A stretch of DNA of 63,282 nt, counting the filler, from Acidimicrobiia bacterium (GTDB lineage Bacteria; Actinomycetota; Acidimicrobiia; Spongiisociales; SHLN01), in assembly GCA_041619515.1 (NCBI GenBank). It is 3 parts of 3 records of this genome, joined end to end, with 100 filler letters (N's around TTAATTAATTAA, not from the genome) between each part and the next. Parts side by side here need not be neighbours in the genome. Positions count along the whole stretch, not along the records: positions 59,377 to 63,282 come from JBFKDW010000129.1; 2 more parts are not named here. One strand, written 5' to 3'. Under the pieces are notes generated by a model. It did not search any database, was not told where the DNA came from, and saw only the letters and a program-made list of their open reading frames with translations. Below are positions 59,277 through 63,282 of the stretch, piece by piece. Numbering within the stretch: position 1 is the stretch's first letter; the number at the start of each line of letters is the position of its first letter. The position numbers and the translations under genes are program-made.

Positions 59277-59376
59277 NNNNNNNNNNNNNNNNNNNNNNNN
59301 NNNNNNNNNNNNNNNNNNNNTTAATTAATTAANNNNNNNNNNNNNNNNNNNNNNNNNNNNNNNNNNNNNNNNNNNN
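59277..59376. other. Artificial contig linker (N44-TTAATTAATTAA-N44)
   Basis: Identical in structure to 29618-29717. Confidence 0.97.
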
Positions 59377-59558
59377 AGATCCTGTCGAAATACACCATCG
59401 TGAGCGATGCCGAGCAGCTGATCGACGCCTACCGTCCCCTCATCACCGATATCCATGCCGACTACGTGGCAATCCAGGTTGCCAGCACCGATCCGGCCGG
59501 CGCCATCGAGCTCGTCGGGCGGGACGTGCTTCCGGCTCTGCGGGAGCTGAGCGGCTAG
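59377..59558 (+). CDS. C-terminal fragment, probable LLM-class flavin/F420-dependent oxidoreductase
   Basis: Hand translation ILSKYTIVSDAEQLID...IELVGRDVLPALRELSG* resembles LLM C-termini. Confidence 0.6.
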
Positions 59559-60241
59559 GCCCGCAGCCGCCCGAGCAACGCGTCGAGCTCCATCCGGGCC
59601 TCCCGGCCGGCGGCGCCAACGGCTCGATCCCTCGCCACCTCCAGGGACGCCATTTGTCCGGCCAGAGCCTGGATCGGGGCGGTAGCGCCGCTGGGAAGGC
59701 GGTCCACCCACGGATTGAAGAGCGGGGCGAAGCTCTGCCCGAACGTGGCGAGCAGGTCCACATACCATTTGCCGTCGGGCTCCAGCACGGCCACGATGGT
59801 GAGATCACCGCGTGGTGATGAAGCCTCCACCTCTGCGAACCGGCGCCCGTAGGCCTCGAAGGCCTGCGCCCCAACGACGTCGACCTCGGTGATGTTGGCG
59901 CCGGTGAAGCCTTGCACGCCGGCGACGAAGGATTCCCAGAAGGTACGGCTCACGTCGGGCGATATGCCCTCCGACGCCAGATCCTGATACACGTCCAGCG
60001 AGAAGCTCTCCACCGCCAGGATGAGCACGAACTGATTCTCGACCACCAGCTCGTCGGCAACGGGATACCGGCCGATCGAGAGGGCGTCGAGCCAGGAGGT
60101 GACCGCTTGGAGGGCGCTGTCGCCCCCGGTGGCGAGGGAGGTGGTGGTTTGCGGAGCTCGGGTCGTCGTGGGGTCGGCGGCCTCTCCGTTGCAGCCCCCC
60201 AGCACCATCGCGCACAGCACAACCCCGATGAATCTCAGCAC
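59555..60241 (-). CDS. Hypothetical lipoprotein
   Basis: Lipobox VLGGC, Thr-rich linker; TAGAGT 6 nt before GTG. Confidence 0.78.
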   Translation of the reverse strand: MLRFIGVVLCAMVLGGCNGEAADPTTTRAPQTTTSLATGGDSALQAVTSWLDALSIGRYPVADELVVENQFVLILAVESFSLDVYQDLASEGISPDVSRTFWESFVAGVQGFTGANITEVDVVGAQAFEAYGRRFAEVEASSPRGDLTIVAVLEPDGKWYVDLLATFGQSFAPLFNPWVDRLPSGATAPIQALAGQMASLEVARDRAVGAAGREARMELDALLGRLRA

Positions 60242-60377
60242 CCGCCGACTCTATCCCCGGCCGGCTCCAACGGATTCAGGTGGCGGCGGTAATTCTGAGC
60301 GGTCTTATCGGCTGGCGCCACCCGCGCCGCCTGCCGGCTCGCACCGTCCTCGGCTGATCAAGTGCTTGAATCGCACA

Positions 60378-61148
60378 ATGCGGTGGCAAGGCGCAACTCT
60401 CGGCCTGGCAGCCGGATTCATAGGCGGACTGTTTGGCGTTGGGGGCGGCCTGCTGGTGGTGCCGGGGCTCGTCTTGTGGCTCCATTTCGAGCAGCGACGC
60501 GCCGGCGCCACCTCGCTCGCCACGATCGTCGCCTCGTCCGGTGCAGCAGTCACACGCTTCGCCCTCGACGGGTCGGTGGATTTCGGCGTCGCCCTCGTGC
60601 TGCTGATCGGGGCCGGGTTCGGCGCCCTGGTCGGCGCCCGACTCTCCGGCCGGATTCCGAACTTCTGGCTCGCCCGCGGATTCGTGGTCATCGTTATCGT
60701 CTCGGCCGCTCGGCTCGCCCTCGGCGCAGGCGATGCCGCCGGAGCCGACGCCCTCGTCTCGGGGATTCTCGAACCGGTCAGCCTCATCGCCACCGGGCTC
60801 CTGGCCGGGCTGCTGTCTGCGACCCTGGGAGTCGGCGGCGGGGTGGTGTTCGTCCCGGCCCTGGTCGCGTTGCTGGGCTTCGAGCAGCAGCTTTCCCAGG
60901 GCACCTCGCTGGCCGTGATCGTGCCGACGGTCCTCATCGGCACGACCATCCACGCCCGGGCCGGACGGGTGGATTGGAACATCGCGATCACCGCCGGACT
61001 GGGCGGCGTCATCGGAGGCGTGACCGGCGCGCAAGTCGCGCTCGGGCTTCCCGAGAGCGTCCTGCAGCGGCTGTTCGCGTTGTTCCTCGTCGTCATGGCA
61101 TTGAGGATGCTGGACAAGACCAGGAAGCCGTCCGGCACCGTCCGGTAA
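60378..61148 (+). CDS. TauE/SafE family membrane protein
   Basis: Duplicated GGLFGVGGG..VP / ATLGVGGG..VP with ATSL/GTSL motifs. Confidence 0.9.
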   Translation: MRWQGATLGLAAGFIGGLFGVGGGLLVVPGLVLWLHFEQRRAGATSLATIVASSGAAVTRFALDGSVDFGVALVLLIGAGFGALVGARLSGRIPNFWLARGFVVIVIVSAARLALGAGDAAGADALVSGILEPVSLIATGLLAGLLSATLGVGGGVVFVPALVALLGFEQQLSQGTSLAVIVPTVLIGTTIHARAGRVDWNIAITAGLGGVIGGVTGAQVALGLPESVLQRLFALFLVVMALRMLDKTRKPSGTVR

Positions 61149-61169
61149 CCAATCTCCCACCGCCGCCCG

Positions 61170-61691
61170 TCAGAGCGGAAGCCTCCCGGTTGCTACCAGG
61201 GCCCGGCGACGGATCGGTTCACCGAGGCGCAACTTGCGGGCGAGGACGACAAGGTATGCCAGGCCCAGCAGCTCCTGCATCACCACCCAAGGTGACCGGG
61301 CGAGGTAGGCGACGAGATCGACGAACGCGCCGCGAGCGAATGCAGGGAACTCGCTTCCCAGCACCGGCCACCACAGGGTCTTGGCCTCGAGGGGCATGTC
61401 GAGGATCAAATGAAGGAAGACTCCGATCGGGAGGGCCATCCACCGCTTGCGGCTGTCGGTTCCGCGCCTGGTCACGACCATGACGGCCACCAGCACGGCA
61501 ACCGCAAAGAGCAGCGTGTGGCCGTAGATCCGCCCGGTCATGTAGTGGTCGACAAACAGGATCGACCCAATCGGCTTGTCGATGAGGTCCGGAAGCACTG
61601 CGCCGAGAACGAGAACCCGGAGATCCATGGAAGGATCCCGAAAGACCCATCGCGCCAGGAAGAGCGCTCCAGCCACGTGCCACAGGATCAC
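61170..61691 (-). CDS. Membrane metal-dependent hydrolase (YdjM-like)
   Basis: GAVLPDLIDKP, GHTLLF, HLILD. Confidence 0.82.
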   Translation of the reverse strand: MILWHVAGALFLARWVFRDPSMDLRVLVLGAVLPDLIDKPIGSILFVDHYMTGRIYGHTLLFAVAVLVAVMVVTRRGTDSRKRWMALPIGVFLHLILDMPLEAKTLWWPVLGSEFPAFARGAFVDLVAYLARSPWVVMQELLGLAYLVVLARKLRLGEPIRRRALVATGRLPL

Positions 61692-61693
61692 GT

Positions 61694-62404
61694 CTACTCC
61701 GGAACGAGGATGCGCCTGCACTGCAGACAGCGGGGCGGATCCTCCTTCAGCACCTCGTGTTGCTCGGCCGGGCTGAGCGTGAGATGACATCCCCCGCACA
61801 CGCCTCCGATGAGGCGGGCCGCGCCGATGCCTTCCTTGGCGGCGCGCAGCTTCTCGTAGAGGTCGAGAAGATCGGACGGAATGCGGGGCAAGAAATCACC
61901 CCGCCGCTCCTGCCGGATCGCTATCTCGGCGTCGATATCGCGCCACTGTGCCGAGATGGCGGTTTCGAGACGGGCAGATTCAGCCTCAACGATCTCGATC
62001 TGCTCGGTGGTCTCGGTGAGGGCGGCCTGCTGCTCGTCCCGCACCTCCAGGAGTCCAAGCACCTCTTCCTCGGATGTCTCGATCTGGCGGCCCAGCATGT
62101 CGACTTCGAGCTGGAGGTTTCCCAGGTCCTTGGCCGAGAGCCCTCCAGCGAACATCCGCATCTCCTCCGAGCCCCGCTTTTTCTCTATCAGCTCCAATTC
62201 GCCTTCGGCCCGCTTCAACTGAAGCGTGGTCTCGGCCAGTGCCGTCTCCTGCTCGGCCGCGGCAGATCGCAGGACGCTGAGCTTGTCGTGGGCGGTTTTG
62301 AATGCCTCCAGCTCGGGCAGCGAGCCCCGGGTGTGCGTCAACTGGTCGATCTCGGTGTCGACCGCCTGCAGATCGAGCAGGTCGAGGAACGCCTTGTCGG
62401 TCAT
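61694..62404 (-). CDS. Coiled-coil protein with C4 zinc ribbon (DUF164-type)
   Basis: LLDLQAVD; long coiled coil; CGGCH...CLQCRRIL; coupled to nif3. Confidence 0.9.
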   Translation of the reverse strand: MTDKAFLDLLDLQAVDTEIDQLTHTRGSLPELEAFKTAHDKLSVLRSAAAEQETALAETTLQLKRAEGELELIEKKRGSEEMRMFAGGLSAKDLGNLQLEVDMLGRQIETSEEEVLGLLEVRDEQQAALTETTEQIEIVEAESARLETAISAQWRDIDAEIAIRQERRGDFLPRIPSDLLDLYEKLRAAKEGIGAARLIGGVCGGCHLTLSPAEQHEVLKEDPPRCLQCRRILVPE

Positions 62405-63282
62405 CCGACTCCCTCCCACGGGCTGGGGTCGATCCCGGTCAGATCGACCGTCTCCGGCACCAGGCCGGCTATCAGGTCGTGGAGCCCGGTCACGCCGGGC
62501 CGCTCGGTGCGGGCGTGGCCCGGGTCGATGATGCTGACGCCGAGGTCGACGGCGCGGCGGGCCTGGTGGTGGCTGACATCGCCGGTGACGAGCGCTTTGG
62601 CTCCGGCCGCCGCCGCCGCCTCGATGAACTCGGTACCGGAACCGGGCACCACCGCCACGAGGTTGAAGTCGGCGCCCGCCCACGACAGCCGGACGTCGCC
62701 CCCCAGCTTGGCTGCGACCAGCTGCGCGAAAGAGCGGATGGTGGTCCCGCCCGGTGGTCGACCGACTCTCCCGAGCATTCCGTCACTTCCCCGGCGATCG
62801 TATATGTCATACACCGGCTCCTCGTAGGGGTGGAACTCCTCAATTGCCGCCGCCACTGCCGCCTCAGCCGATCGGGGAGCCACCATCTCCAGGCGGATCT
62901 CGGGATTGCGGTTCATGCGCCCGGGGTCTCCGGTGGACGGGCTGGCCCAGGCTTCTGGATGAAACGTGCCGATGCCTTCGGATCGGTAGGAGCACGAGTG
63001 GTAGTTGCCGATGCGGCCCGCCCCGGCGTGCGCCATTGCCTCGGCGAGTCGCTCAACGCTCTCCTCGGGTACATAGGTCACGATCTTGATCGAATCGGCC
63101 GAGCCTGCCGGGCCGAACCCGGCCGTATCTCCGAGGCCGAGGATGGCTGCGAGCGCATCGGCTGTCCCGCCGGGGGCGGCGTCGTAGTTGGTGTGTGCCA
63201 CCGCCAGGCCGACACCCGCATGGAGCAAGCGGTAGGCCCGTCCCACCGGCGATTTTCCGGCCACCACCTTGTTGACCGGGGC
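62401..63282 (-). CDS. Nif3-like dinuclear metal center protein with PII-like insert (YqfO-type), 5'-partial
   Basis: AHTNYD, AGAGRIGNY..CSY, HPYEEPVYD, VVPGSG, VTGDVSHH, DPGHARTE. Confidence 0.92.
   Translation of the reverse strand, partial: APVNKVVAGKSPVGRAYRLLHAGVGLAVAHTNYDAAPGGTADALAAILGLGDTAGFGPAGSADSIKIVTYVPEESVERLAEAMAHAGAGRIGNYHSCSYRSEGIGTFHPEAWASPSTGDPGRMNRNPEIRLEMVAPRSAEAAVAAAIEEFHPYEEPVYDIYDRRGSDGMLGRVGRPPGGTTIRSFAQLVAAKLGGDVRLSWAGADFNLVAVVPGSGTEFIEAAAAAGAKALVTGDVSHHQARRAVDLGVSIIDPGHARTERPGVTGLHDLIAGLVPETVDLTGIDPSPWEGVG

Noticed and set aside
59377..63282. Functional link between the second TauE/Nif3 region and the mrp or sulfur loci
   Set aside because: Separate contig; adjacency is an artefact of concatenation.

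Overview
High-GC, gene-dense bacterial DNA. Gene content (glyQS, DUF6457, DUF3054, dnaG-rpoD-tRNA-Asn, many apparent leaderless starts) suggests an actinobacterium, probably Acidimicrobiia-like; this is inference. The window is three contigs joined by artificial 100-nt N/TTAATTAATTAA linkers (29618-29717, 59277-59376), so adjacency across them is not biological. Contig 1 holds a large surface protein and a compact sulfur-handling locus: dsrE-tusA-(4Fe-4S/NrfD fusion)-Mo-bisPGD oxidoreductase-TorD-like on the minus strand, divergent from arsR-(rhodanese/persulfide-dioxygenase-like)-sulP-mobA. The locus has two shared palindromic operators and an apparent CTG start codon. It is followed by recO-uppS, TauE, an M16 protease, glyQS, a GNAT, an S9 peptidase, a stand-alone sucrose-phosphate-synthase-like gene, dnaG-rpoD, tRNA-Asn and a MarR unit. 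Contig 2 holds rhomboid, dodecin, PKD/RTX and S8 secreted proteins, a hybrid histidine kinase, methyltransferases, a DUF3179 lipoprotein whose in-frame TGA sits in a U-P-L-C motif followed by a SECIS-like hairpin (probable selenoprotein missed by the ORF track), an AlkZ-like protein, pirin, a TPR-fused alpha-dioxygenase-like heme enzyme, a two-component system, an ECF sigma factor and an Mrp antiporter operon with a MrpG-MrpE fusion. Contig 3 holds an LLM fragment, a lipoprotein, TauE, a hydrolase, a zinc-ribbon protein and Nif3. All family calls come from motif recognition by eye, with no database search.
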